Shown here one piece after another: positions 1 through 12,441 of a stretch of DNA of 64,000 nucleotides. Source of the DNA: Eledone cirrhosa (taxonomy: Eukaryota). Under the pieces are notes generated by a model. That model made no database searches. It saw nothing but the letters and a program-made list of their open reading frames with translations, and was not told the origin of the DNA. The stretch lies in NCBI GenBank assembly GCA_964016885.1, contig OZ024748.1:44082001-44146000 (forward strand), read 5' to 3'. Numbering within the stretch: the stretch's first letter is position 1; every line of letters begins with the position of its first letter. The translations under genes and the position numbers were made by a program.

Positions 1-958
1 TCAGCAAATTTTGTAACATTTTGTTTTTTCTTCTAATTTAAATATATGATATTTGATGTTGGTCTTTATTCCTGTTAGTTATCTGTTCTTGAGTTCACCA
101 TCTGTTCTCTAGTCTATTTATTGCCCCAAACCAAATGTAGTTGTCATCAGATTTCATGGAGAAATACTGTCTAGGTTTTTATAGAAAGTTTTCGTTAATT
201 TTCAATATCTGGGTTAACCCTTTTCCTTGCCATATTTCTAATGCAACACACAGCCTCCTCTCTTTCAGTTAAGTTATAAAATAATGAAGAATTTAATAAA
301 ATAACTTTTTCTTATTAAGCAGGATTTTGGAAACACAGGCCTAACAAAAAGATGTTAGATAAATTATGAGATATTTTAGTATAACTATGATCACCTTTAA
401 AGGAACAATTTTGTATCATAAAACCAACGACAGTTGCAGTCGAGCTGCTATTAAAGGGGTTAACATTAAACACATGTATTTTTGATATTCCCTCTTCAAT
501 ATGTAACTTTTTTTCTGGAAAAATGTTTGTGCTCTTAAAAAGATATGCCTTTGTAATTGTGATTCTTAAAGCATTTCGTTTTAGTAATTTATAAGGCAAA
601 TGGTAGATTTCTTAATTTGATTTCTTTCATAAATTGTCTGTGTGTGTGTGTGTGTGTGTATATGGTATATACAATCCCGCATCAAATAGAACAAAACCAT
701 CTAACCCATGCTAGCGTGGAAGATGATATATATATAATAAAAAGGACGAGGTGTTAGATCTTCATTACATTTGAGGTGTGACACGTGTTTCACAATTGAT
801 CAGCTCAAGGTTCGATCGGGCCTGACTCTGGAATGAAAAGCTCATTGGACTTCTGTTATAGTAATGACTTAGTTCGAAACCAATACACTCACTGGAAACT
901 ACGCATTGAGTGCTCACTTTGGTGAACCTGCCGTAACTGGATGTTACAATCCCTAAAC

Positions 959-991
<33 letters not shown>

Positions 992-2532
992 TATATATAT
1001 AGTGTGTGTGTGTCTTAGAAGACTGATAAAGAAATCAATAAACTTAGTACTAGAGTTGATCTGATAGACTAAATGAAGGTGGTAACCAAGCATGGCTGCA
1101 TTCTAATGACAAACCAGTGAATATGTCTATCATCATCATCGTTGTGTCTGGGAAATGGGCAATAATACAAACCGTATCTATGTAGAATTTGAGATTGGTG
1201 AAAACTGTCAAAATATTGACCCTCCACTCTTTCTACCATTGATGTTTTGGTCACATATCCCTTGGTTTATATTTCTGTATATATGGTTATTAGAGCCATC
1301 TTTCAGATGGGTTAGGGGCCACATCTTGCTTACATAATATAAATATAGACACTGTAGTAGTGTACCATGCATTTTATCATGGAACCAGCATCAGGGAAGT
1401 TGTCTATGACACTACCTTTTGTTTTGCATGGTTTCTACAGCTGGCTGTCCTTCATATCACCAACCACATTTACAGAGTATACTAGGTGCATTTTATCATG
1501 TAACCAACACTGCATAGTATTTTCCAAATTGCAAAAATATATTTTTCTAGACTTGATTTAGGCTTTTTTTTTTTTGTCGATAATGGTAACTTTATAAATT
1601 TCAAAGCATTTTGAAAATAATGAAGAATTTGGGGGGGGGGATTTAATAAAATAACTTTGGATTCTTTTGGTCTCTACCCACTGTCATATATCGTTATAGT
1701 GCTGGCCGCCTATACACCATGCTGCTCTCAATGAGATTATAAAGCATGGCCAGGATAGCATGGGCTTCTGTTCTGGGATGCCACATGTTGTGACACCTCT
1801 TGTGGCAACCTGGTGCATTTGCCTATCAGTTCAGACTGAAGCGAGTAAACTTATCTAGGTATTGGCTGCTCTCTGATAGGTTTGTTGTTGAGCTTATGGC
1901 AGTGGAGACTTGCTGTTCTTTGCCCCTGGACCACATCCCTGTTTATGGCTATTGGAGCAGAGTTGGCTACCAGTAAGTGCGAGGTGGAGTGGCTGTTGTA
2001 CTGCGTCTTCCTCGCTGGCCTCCGTTGTAATGTCTTCTCCATCCTACCAGCCAGGGCCACGAGGTGGACGGACCTTTAAGATCCAGAAATCTATCGACTA
2101 AAAAATTAAGTTAATGGAAAAAAAGGTTAAGCTGGCCTCTTACAAGGTTGCATCTCATAGGGAGTGTCTTGGCTAGTTTAATGTTAGGGGCCCTAGGCAA
2201 TATAAAATGAAGTGTCTTGCTTAAGAACATGGCACCCCACCCATTTAAAGAATGGAACTCATAACCTTATGATTGTGAATTAAAGTTGGTGCTTGGAACA
2301 TAACTCGACAAAGGTTCTTTATTGAATTATGATGTAAGGTGTTTTTTGATAAACATAAACCCCTTAAAACAGTTTTGAATTGTAGAACCAGGGACAGGTT
2401 AAGGTGAATTCTGTGCATATTCATATTGTGTAGTATGATCGACTTTGTGTCCACTAATTTAGCAGGACTTTATACTTTGGCCATTGGCTGGACATAAATG
2501 ACATATACAAGCATGCATACCTTCCTTGTGTT

Positions 2533-2870
2533 CATTTCATTTCATTTCATTTCATTTTACGTCCGCTTTTCCCTGCTTGCAAGGGTGGGACAGGAACTGA
2601 TTCTGGCTTGATTTCTACAGCTGGATGCCCTTCCTAACACCAACCTCATTTACAGTGAGTGCTGGGTGCTTTTTTGCCGTGGCACCTCCACGTCCACTTT
2701 GCAGTGGAATGATAGGGAACCCAGTCCCTATCATCTCATTTCTACAGCTGAGTAAACTGGAGCAATGTGAAATAAAGTGTCTTGCTCAAGGAAACAACAC
2801 ATCACCCGATCTGAGAATTGAACTCACAACCTTTCGATTGCAAGGCCAATGCTCTAACCACTAAGCCATG
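2533..2870 (-). mobile_element. tRNA-derived SINE, young copy 1
   Basis: Minus strand: box A TGGCTTAGTGG, box B GAGTTCAATTC, CORE-like CCTTGAGCAAGACACTT, LINE-like tail ending in (AAATG)n; near-identical to 8908-9248. Confidence 0.9.
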
Positions 2871-2899
2871 TTATTTCTTATATAATCAGTTACGTCCCT

Positions 2900-3240
2900 T
2901 TATGATCTGAGTTCAAACCCCGCCGAGGTTAACTTTGCCTTTCATCCTTACGGGGTCGATAAACTAAAGTACCAGTAATGCACTGGGTAATTGCTGGCCT
3001 TGTGCCAAAAGTAGAAACAGTTATTTCTTATAAGTAGAAACAGTTATTTCTTATATATAATAATTTTCTACTTTTGGCACAAGGCCAGCAATTATCCCAG
3101 TGCATTACCGGTACTTTATTTTATTGACCCTCAAAAGGATGAAAGGCAAAGTTAACCTTGGTGGGATTTGTTCTCAGAACATAAAGAGCCATAACTCCAT
3201 GCTGCAAAGCATGGTGTCTGACGCTCTACCGATACTGCCA
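2900..3240. mobile_element. Tail-to-tail inverted pair of Nin/Deu-domain-like SINEs
   Basis: GCCTTTCATCCTT..GGGGTCGATAAA..AAGTACCAG on + at ~2935-2975; its reverse complement at ~3108-3150. Confidence 0.85.
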
Positions 3241-3459
3241 AATAATGTTGATTCATTATGAGTGATGTTTTCTCATCATGATTGATAATTTTGGAAAGAC
3301 TCCAATTACATGAATATAAAAAAGATCTTGTGGACAAGGCAACCCTTTTCTGATATGTTGTTTTATTGTTTTGATTCTATCTAGAGAAAAATATTATTAA
3401 ATCATCTGTTACTCTCATACTGAAATATACCTAATCTCAAACATATTTTTATTATTTTT

Positions 3460-3498
<39 letters not shown>

Positions 3499-3545
3499 CA
3501 TAGTCGTTGAATTTTTAATTCATATATTTTTCTATGAGTAATTTC

Positions 3546-5797
3546 AGAGCTGAATGACTTAACTTTGTCTGTGAAGTATTTTCTGGAGTTGGAGAGCTGA
3601 ATGACTGATGTCTGTTGTCTGTGGAGTATTTTCTGGAGTTGGAGAGCTGAATGACTGATGTCTGTTGTCAGTGGAGTATTTTCTGGAGTTGGAGAGCTGA
3701 ATGGCTGATGTCTGTTGTCTGGAGTATTTTCTGGAGTTGGAGAGCTGAATGTCTGTTGTCTGTGGAGTATTTTCTGGAGTTGGAGAGCTGAATGACTGAT
3801 GTCTGTTGTCAGTGGAGTATTTTCTGGAGTTGGAGAGCTGAATGACTGATGTCTGTTGTCTGTGGAGTATTTTCTGGAGTTGGAGAGCTGAATGATTGAG
3901 CTCTGTTGTCTGTGGAGTATTTTCTGGAGTTGAAGAGCTGAATGGCTGATGTCTGTTGTCTGTGGAGTATTTTCTGGAGTTGGAGAGCTGAATGACTGAT
4001 GTCTGTTGTCTGTGGTCTGTGGAGTATATTCTGGAGTTGGAGAGCTGAATGGCTGATGTCTGTTGTCAGTGGAGTATTTTCTGGAGTTGGAGAGCTGAAT
4101 GGCTGATGTCTGTTGTCTGTGGAGTATTTTCTGGAGTTGGAGAGCTGAATGGCTGATGTCTGTTGTCAGTGGAGTATTTTCTGGAGTTGAACTGAATGAT
4201 TGAGCTCTGTTGTCTGTGGAGTATTTTCTGGAGCTGAATGGCTGATGTCTGTTGTCAGTGGAGTATTTTCTGGAGTTGGAGAGCTGAATGGCTGATGTCT
4301 GTTGTCTGTGGAGTATTTTCTGGAGTTGGAGAGCTGAATGACTGATGTCTGTTGTCTGTGGAGTATTTTCTGGCTGAATGGCTGATGTCTGTTGTCAGTG
4401 GAGTATTTTCTGGAGTTGAACTGAATGATTGAGCTCTGTTGTCTGTGAAGTATTTTCTGGAGTTGAAGAGCTGAATGGCTGATGTCTGTTGTCAGTGGAG
4501 TATTTTCTGGAGTTGGAGAGCTGAATGGCTGATGTCTGTTGTCTGTGGAGTATTTTCTGGAGTTGGAGAGCTGAATGACTGATGTCTGTTGTCTGTGGAG
4601 TATTTTCTGGAGTTGAAGAGCTGAATGACTGATGTCTGTTGTCTGTGAAGTATTTTCTGGAGTTGAAGAGCTGAATGGCTGATGTCTGTTGTCTGTGGAG
4701 TATTTTCTGGAGTTGGAGAGCTGAATGACTGATGTCTGTTGTCTGTGGAGTATTTTCTGGAGTTGAAGAGCTGAATGGCTGATGTCTGTTGTCTGTGGAG
4801 TATTTTCTGGAGTTGAAGAGCTGAATGGCTGATGTCTGTTGTCTGTGGAGTATTTTCTGGAGTTGAAGAGCTGAATGATTGAGCTCTGTTGTCTGTGGAG
4901 TATTTTCTGGAGTTGGAGAGCTGAATGACTGATGTCTGTTGTCTGTGGAGTATTTTCTGGAGTTGAAGAGCTGAATGGCTGATGTCTGTTGTCTGTGGAG
5001 TATTTTCTGGAGTTGACGAGCTGAATGGCTGATGTCTGTTGTCTGTGGAGTATTTTCTGGAGTTGAAGAGCTGAATGGCTGATGTCTGTTGTCTGTGGAG
5101 TATTTTCTGGAGTTGAAGAGCTGAATGATTGAGCTCTGTTGTCTGTGGAGTATTTTCTGGAGTTGGAGAGCTGAATGACTGATGTCTGTTGTCTGTGAAG
5201 TATTTTCTGGAGTTGAAGAGCTGAATGGCTGATGTCTGTTGTCTGTGGAGTATTTTCTGGAGTTGAAGAGCTGAATGGCTGATGTCTGTTGTCTGTGGAG
5301 TATTTTCTGGAGTTGAAGAGCTGAATGGCTGATGTCTGTTGTCTGTGGAATATTTTCTGGAGTTGGAGAGCTGAATGACTGATGTCTGTTGTCTGTGGAG
5401 TATTTTCTGGAGTTGGAGAGCTGAATGATTGAGCTCTGTTGTCTGTGGAGTATTTTCTGGAGTTGAAGAGCTGAATGATTGAGCTCTGTTGTCTGTGGAG
5501 TATTTTCTGGAGTTGAAGAGCTGAATGATTGAGCTCTGTTGTCTGTGGAGTATTTTCTGGAGTTGGAGAGCTGAATGATTGAGCTCTGTTGTCTGTGGAG
5601 TATTTTCTGGAGTTGGAGAGCTGAATGACTGATCTCTGTTGTCTGTGGAGTATTTTCTGGAGTTGGAGAGCTGAATGATTGAGCTCTGTTGTCTGTGGAG
5701 TATTTTCTGGAGTTGGAGAGCTGAATGATTGAGCTCTGTTGTCTGTGGAGTATTTTCTGGAGTTGGAGAGCTGAATGGCTGATGTCTGTTGTCTGTG
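3546..5797. repeat. Minisatellite, 50-bp unit, ~45 copies
   Basis: Unit AGAGCTGAATGACTGATGTCTGTTGTCTGTGGAGTATTTTCTGGAGTTGG with interspersed variants. Confidence 0.98.
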
Positions 5798-6364
5798 AAT
5801 TGGTTAATATTTTATTTTTTTAAAATTTATATATATATATTGGACAGGAATATTTCCAAGCAGAAACTTTATTGAAGACCAGACTTAGTACTTTGTTTAA
5901 TGAGGCCTGTGGTGGCATTACACCAAAGTGGAATGGAACTAGACACCTGACAAGATGTGTGACTCAACAACAATCTTAAATTACATGTAAAACATGCAGC
6001 AGGGATACTGTGTACCTATTCTAAAAACTGATTGAATATAAACACCTTCTGCAATCCTTCAGACATTGTGATGGGAGAAGTAGTGGTTAGGTTGGGTTGT
6101 ATTAAACTCAGGTTCACTAGTAATCCTCATTACATGGTTAGTATGTTGTAGTTAATAAGCAAGAAATGGTCTGTCCTAGATGACAGGTTGGATAGATACG
6201 CAAGCAGATTAGTTCAGTGATTAAACAAGAGAGCAAGTGATAGATGGGAGTGTATGAAAGCGGAGTGATGTTGGGGTCAGTATGTAGATTTAACCAGAAT
6301 GTATTGAGCAATAGACCAACCACAAATGTCTCTATACCTCTTAGCTTTTATTATTACAACTACC

Positions 6365-6660
6365 ATCCAGTAATTCTAATGTCTGCATGTCACCAATCAT
6401 TCTGGTCCTTTGTCATCTCCTTTGTGAGGTGTAACATTCTTGGATAAGTCTTCCTGGGTTTCTCATTTCCATAGATTTTGTCCACTTTGAGTACCCTTCA
6501 CTTTATACAGCTAAGATCTTCCATCCTCACTTTGAGTGCCCTGCATGTTTTTATACAGCTGACATCCTCCATACACAGCACATTCTTCTCATGTATACAT
6601 CTGATTTCTTTTATCTCATTTGTGAGTTATGCTCCCTAATCAAAAAGGTTGACCACAAAA
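6365..6660 (-). mobile_element. Decayed RTE-like LINE 3' fragment
   Basis: Resembles the 3' part of the 7484-8205 fragment; heavily degenerate. Confidence 0.5.
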
Positions 6661-7483
6661 CCTGTTTGATGGCAACAGTAACCTAATGAAGCATTTTATG
6701 GGTGCTATTCAGAATATTGGAACATGGGTCTTTGCAGCAGTAAAACAGTCCTGTATATGTAACATATCCGCAAACACACACACACACACGCACACAAATA
6801 CACTCACACAGACTAAACAACCTCACCTACATCATCACAATTCTCTTCGTTATCCTAGTATCATTATCTTCCTCATCATCATCACCCTTTTCCACATCAC
6901 TATCATTATCATCATCAACATCATCGTCATTGTCGTTTATCACAACCACCACCCTTATCTACCAGTGATACCACCACCACCACTACAAGCATTTCCATAG
7001 CATGATATATTTGGAAATGTAGAAAGATGTTTTTCCAATATTAAAACTTAAATCAAAATTTAATTCATAATTTAACAAGAAATATTTAAAACCTTCATAT
7101 ACATTTCATTTACAATTCTGTATATAGGTGCATTTATGGCTGTTGTGGTTAAGGAAGGAGTTCACTCTTCACAAACACTTGGTTCTGGGTCCTGTCACAT
7201 TGCATGACACTTCTATGATAGCCTCAAGTTAACCAGTGCCTTGTGAATGGAATTTGGTAAATAAAAACTGCTGAATCATGTCATGCGTGCCTTAGCAGGT
7301 CAACATAATAGAAATTGATAAAATAACTGCAGGAGTTGATATGAACTAAAATCTCTGACTTTTTAAATATCAACAATTTGGCTCCATAAAACAAAAATAA
7401 AACCCCATTTAAATTATAATTTTCCAGCATAATTTGATGTAAAAAACCTTTTAAGTTACATTACAAATACAATCTTAATGAAA

Positions 7484-8205
7484 TCATCATCTTCGTCGTT
7501 TTTACACCTGCTTTTCCGTGTTTGCATGGTATCTATCCACAGACACAGTCCTTTGACATCACCTCTGTGAGTTTTAGTGATTTGGGGTCAGCTCTCACAA
7601 TTTCTGCACAGGTCTTTCTTGGTCTGGCTCTACTGCGACTTCCTTCCACTGGTACTTCACCCAGCGATTATTGTTTATGTACATCACATCTCTAAACCAA
7701 CACAGTCTTCTCTCCTGCACGCAACCTCAAATTCTTCTTAAACCCAGTTTCAATTTGTTCAAGCTCTGCGTCTCTCTCTTACTTACATTGCACATCCAAC
7801 AGAACATGGTTGCTTCATTTCTCTCTAGTCTACATGTCCTCTGCAATCACAGCCCATGTTTCACCATGTAGCATTGCACTTCGCACACAGGCGTCATGCA
7901 GTTGTCCTTTTGTATGTAGGGAGAAACCATTTGTGGTTAACAGTGGGAGTTGCTCTCTGAACTTTTTCCACTCTATCTTTATCCTAGCTATGAATGCCTT
8001 CAGAGCACCCCTCCATTTCTAATTATGTTGCTTAGATAGCAGAAGCTATCAACCACTTCTATGGGTCCTTCCTTTGATGGGAATAGGCTTACATTACTGG
8101 TTATCTTCCCATCAGTTACCCCTGTGCATCCTCTACAAACAAAGTCTTCCCTTCCTGTTAGCTTACTCTTTATCCCACTATATCTCCTCTGTACCCAAGA
8201 TTTAG
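7484..8205 (-). mobile_element. RTE-like LINE, 5'-truncated and frameshifted, with 3' tail
   Basis: Minus-strand WVQRRYSGIKSKL...FVCRGC...IEVVDSFCYL, then WKKFREQLPLLT...DACVRSAMLHGETWAV; ends in an ACCATGCAAACACGGAAAAG...GATGATGA tail. Confidence 0.85.
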
Positions 8206-8459
8206 ATTTATTAATTTTAGTAAATCCTTTACAATTCTTCATTCAATACAGCACAGCTCCTTTAAAAAAAAAGGATTCTGAAAGGGTTAAGGTATGCCCC
8301 AGCTTGGTTGAAGTTTGTTTGAAACTTGTAAAAGAATGATAGGATAAAAATTATATATTCTTTGTATATGTTGTAACACTTTAAAAAAAAAAAACTAATC
8401 CTGAAGAGTTCTTAAGATATTTAGTAATTTCTGAATCCTGTTTTCATAGACTGTCAAAA

Positions 8460-8790
8460 TAGCATGGCTGTATGGAAGACTGAGGAGTTTCCCCTTGCAA
8501 TTGTGTGATTCTGAGATGAATCTTTCTATGTTGCATCTTGGGCATATCTTCTATGATAGCCACATGCTGTGTCGCACCTTGGGCAAATGTCTTCTATGAT
8601 AGCCACATGCTGTGTTGCACCTTGGGCAAATGTCTTCTATGATAGCCACATACTGTGTCGCACCTTGGGCAAATGTCTTATGTTGTGTCGCACCTTGGGC
8701 GCCTTCTATGATAGCCACATACTGTGTCGCACCTTGGGCAAATGTATTCTATGATAGCCACATGCTGTGTCGCACCTTAGGCAAGTGTCT
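8460..8790 (+). repeat. SINE head whose CORE-like segment is tandemly expanded (~43-bp unit, ~6 copies)
   Basis: GCATGGCTGT.TGG head, then repeats of TGTGTCGCACCTTGGGCAAATGTCTTCTATGATAGCCACATGC. Confidence 0.85.
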
Positions 8791-8871
8791 GATACAAAAC
8801 TGTTTTAAAGAGTTTATACTTATCTGTAATATATTTATGTAAGAATCTTGTGTTCTGTTCTACACACCAGC

Positions 8872-9440
8872 TTAACACTTTAGCATTCACATTACTCTTC
8901 ATTTCATTTTTTTCATTTCATTTCATTTTACGTCCGCTTTTTCCCTGCTTGCAAGGGTGGGACGGGAACTGATTCTGGCTTGATTTCTACAGCTGGATGC
9001 CCTTCCTAACACCAACCTCATTTACAGTGAGTGCTGGGTGCTTTTTTGCCGTGGCACCTCCACGACCACTTTGCAGTGGAATGATAGGGACCTCAGTCCT
9101 ATCATCTCATTTCTACAGCTGAGTAAACTGGAGCAATGTGAAATAAAGTGTCTTGCTCAAGGAAACAACACATCACCCGATCTGAGAATTGAACTCACAA
9201 CCTTTCGATTGCAAGGCCAATGCTCTAACCACTAACCATGTGCCTCCATCAATATATACTATTATATGTTCATGGTAAAGGCTTTACCTCGTGTAATTTT
9301 CACATAATATCGAATCTATGAGATTTTGAAAGTATTTATTTTGAGAACAATACCTTAACATCAGTTTGAGTGACCAGTTACAGCCAGTTTCAACAGAAAG
9401 AGGTAGAGAATTCTGGCCGGTTTAAACATTAAAGGGTTAA
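8872..9440 (-). mobile_element. piggyBac-type MITE (family A) interrupted by a SINE
   Basis: TTAA-CACTTTAGCATT end at 8872 and TAAAGGG-TTAA end at 9440; MITE sequence resumes after the SINE. Confidence 0.85.
8908..9248 (-). mobile_element. tRNA-derived SINE, young copy 2 (appears full length)
   Basis: Near-identical to 2533-2870; starts GGAGGCACATGG on the minus strand; (AAATG)n tail. Confidence 0.9.
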
Positions 9441-9939
9441 TGAGAAAGTTAATTACTAAATCTATCGAAATTCTTGATTGTTTTCAAAGTTATTTGAGAA
9501 CCGCAGACAATGTCTTTCATTAGAATATAGTATGGAAAGAGTTAAAGGTGACTGTTTTGTGGAATTTCTTGGCATTGTTAGTCTGAAGCTTAATAACTAT
9601 ATTGTCCACTTGCTGATTTATATTTTAATAATTCTTAGCCCCAGAAAGTTTTGTTTTGTATGTGTTACCCTCTGTAACTCTCTTATACTGCTCTTTTCCA
9701 CAATACTTCTGTATTTACATTTCTTTCCAGTTTTTGAGTTGAAAAAGAGGGGCATTCGGCTGTAAAATCTTGTCTCGGGGCCCCTAAGTCATGAGGCTTG
9801 CAAGGCTAACCCTCCTTTTTTAGTGGGGGGTGGCCTTAAAACATTTGTCTTCTTGTTCTTAAATATTTTTCTGGTGTTTGTCAGCTTCATTTATATTTCA
9901 TAGGTACACATTCATTCATCATCATCGTCTTCTGAAGAT

Positions 9940-10136
9940 ATTTAAACTGGCCATATCCGGCCAGTATTCTCTCACCTCTTTCTGTTCAAGCCGGTCATAA
10001 TTGCTGGCTCATATTGACGTTAAGGTATTATTCTCAAAATAAATATCACAATCTCATATTTTTGATATCATGTGGGATAATTATGTGAGGTAAAGCCTTT
10101 TCTGTGAAAATACAATAATAAATGCTAAAGGGTTAA
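9940..10136 (+). mobile_element. Family A MITE, left end eroded
   Basis: Same internal sequence as 11274-11499; ends TAAATGCTAAAGGG-TTAA. Confidence 0.85.
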
Positions 10137-10484
10137 ATTCATTTCAATCACGGCCTTAATATTGTGCTGAAGTCTGCAGTAGACTTACTGATTAGACTAA
10201 CCCCTCTTTTATTATTGTCACTTGTGATGGTCATTCTATAATTTAGACTTCAAAATGTTCTAATCTTTGTTGATTTATTTCTCATCAAAGCTTCCCAGCA
10301 TTCTATTCTGTTCTTTGAGTTTATCTTATTTTCTTTTTATTAACCTTTTGTATTCTGACCCTTCGTCTCCTGTACAGTTCCCAAATCAAAGGCATTTACA
10401 GGAAAATAGCTGAAAATTATCAACTTAGCCTTTTATCATTTAAACTGGACGTTTCTGGCCAGAATTCTCTCACCTCTTATTATT

Positions 10485-10685
10485 TGTAGAGCATTGGAGA
10501 ACATGCTTTACAGCATATAGTTAGTCGTGTACGTTCTGAGGTCAAATCCTGCCAAGATTAGATTTGCCTTTCATCCTTACGAGGTTGATAAAAGGAAATA
10601 CCAGTAATGCACTGGGGTCGTTTTAATCGACTTTCCTTTGTCCTCCAAAATTGTTGGCCATGCGCCTAAATCAGAAACCATTATT
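10485..10685 (+). mobile_element. Nin/Deu-domain-like SINE
   Basis: TTTGCCTTTCATCCTTACGAGGTTGATAAA...CCAGTAATGCACTGGGGTCGTTTTAATCGAC. Confidence 0.8.
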
Positions 10686-10732
10686 TTTGTTTTTGTTTTT
10701 CATCCTAATATTTTGGGATTTTTATCCCTTCT

Positions 10733-10945
10733 TCAGAGTGTGGACTGGTTGCTTTTCATTGTGACACCAAGATATCTATATTTACTGTGTGGGTTGGGAG
10801 GTTTTTATTGTGGAACCAAGCCATCCACATTTACAGTGTGGACTGAGCACTTTTTTGTCACGTTAACAGCATAAATACCTTACATTGTAGACCGGGTGCT
10901 TTTTGTTGTGGCATCAAAACAACCACTTTATAGTGTGTACTGTGG
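10733..10945. repeat. Diverged ~47-bp tandem repeat of a SINE segment (~5 copies)
   Basis: Repeats of TTACAGTGTGGACTGGGTGCTTTTTATTGTGGCACC-like sequence, present once in the young SINE. Confidence 0.75.
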
Positions 10946-11273
10946 GCTACATATATAGACTCTCATACGACTGGTGTTGAAGCCAGAGCTGTGTAGTTGT
11001 GGAGCAAGTTTCTTAACACAGCCATTCTTGCAGATCATCTAGACAGTGAATCAGTTGAGGCTTCTTGTGAATTCCAATTTAAGGGTTTTGTCAGAAAACT
11101 GATTTTAGTCAGTCCTCAGAAATATGACCTCCGTGGTTCCCCATCATTCTACAAAACCACTGAAGTGTGTAGATATGAGTGACTCCATTATTTTTGAAAA
11201 GAGCACACTTGCCAGGACGGCTTGCTAATACTTTGAAATAGTTAATTACTTTTTCGGGTTGACAGTTTTTCTT

Positions 11274-11499
11274 TTAACCCTTTAGCATTTAAACCGGCCA
11301 TATCCGGCCAGAATTCTCTCACCTCTTTCTGTTCAAACTGGCTGTAACCGACTACTCATACTGATGTTAAGGGATTATTCTCAAAATAAATATCAAAATC
11401 TCATTGCTTCAATATTATGTTAGATAATTATGTGAAGTAAAACCTTTACCATGAAAATATAATTGTATACATAGAGTAATGTAAATGGTAAAGGGTTAA
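11274..11499 (+). mobile_element. Family A MITE, reference full-length copy (~220 bp)
   Basis: TTAA target sites on both sides; TIR CCCTTTAGCATTTA / TAAATGGTAAAGGG; no coding capacity. Confidence 0.92.
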
Positions 11500-12294
11500 G
11501 TCTACAAACCCACAGTAATAAGATGGTTAGTTAAATCAGTGAAATTGCTGAGTTATGCTAAAGGATATATCTCTTAAAGTCCTGTACCATGTGAAACAGC
11601 CATAACAAGACATTTTTAATAAGTACAAAATAGCATGTCTTATTGCATCACATTAAGAATTAAAGTCTTTAGTTTACTGCAAATTTACTTGATACTATAA
11701 ACCAGTCACGGTAAACTTTGGCCCATTTGGCTTTCTGAATGGCATGCTTAATTTCAAAATTGCCTTGAATTTTTTAGGGGAATATCAGTAAGAACATTGG
11801 TATCTGTTCCAGCTCTGTGTTCAAATTCCACTAAAGTTGACTTTGTCTTTCATCGTTTTAGGGTTAAATAAACCAGTAGTCCATGAGATAAGATACCTTG
11901 CAGTATCTGATCCAGCTCTGTGTGTCCTCTGTTGAAATCCCACCCCTGGTTTATATTTAATTCAAAACTTCCCATCATAATTTTATCTGCTGACATTTTT
12001 GTTGTGGTCAGCAGCTTAATGAAACTTTCTTATTTTATCAATTCCATCCAAATTCTGTATTGTCTAAAAATGAATTTCAAAATACAGACAATATTTGAGA
12101 AATATGGTATGTATGTATGTGTGGTCCCGTAAATCCCGATAGTTGTAAGGGTACCATACTGACAAATGGTGTTTCTTGGGTATTTCAAGCCTGGCGGAGC
12201 CTATCCCTCTCCAGGTCTGAGTACAGCAGATTTCTTCCAGAGAAAGATAGAAAGTGAGAGGGTGGAAATAAGAAAGATATAGAGGAAGAATAGA

Positions 12295-12441
12295 CCCAGT
12301 ACTAGACTGGTACTTTTTTATTGACCTCGAAAAGATGAAAGCAAAGTTGACCTCTGGGATTTGAACTCCGAGAGCAGAGAGCCGGAACGACTATCATAAA
12401 GCATTTTATGGGTTGTTCTAATGACTGCCAATTTGCCGCCT
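12295..12441 (-). mobile_element. Nin/Deu-domain-like SINE
   Basis: CTGGTACTTTTTTATTGACCTCGAAAAGATGAAAGCAAAGTTGACC...GATTTGAACTC is the reverse complement of the domain plus box B. Confidence 0.8.

Noticed and set aside
1155-1337. ORF MGNNTNRIYVEF... as the missing first CK2alpha exon
   Set aside because: It lacks the conserved YWDYE...W motif and a suitable phase-2 donor.
1665-2080. GC-richer island with short ORFs on both strands
   Set aside because: No recognisable motif; possibly a TE 5' fragment, but I cannot assign it.
9170-9248. tRNA gene
   Set aside because: Box A and box B belong to a SINE head; there is no complete acceptor stem and the sequence runs into the SINE body.
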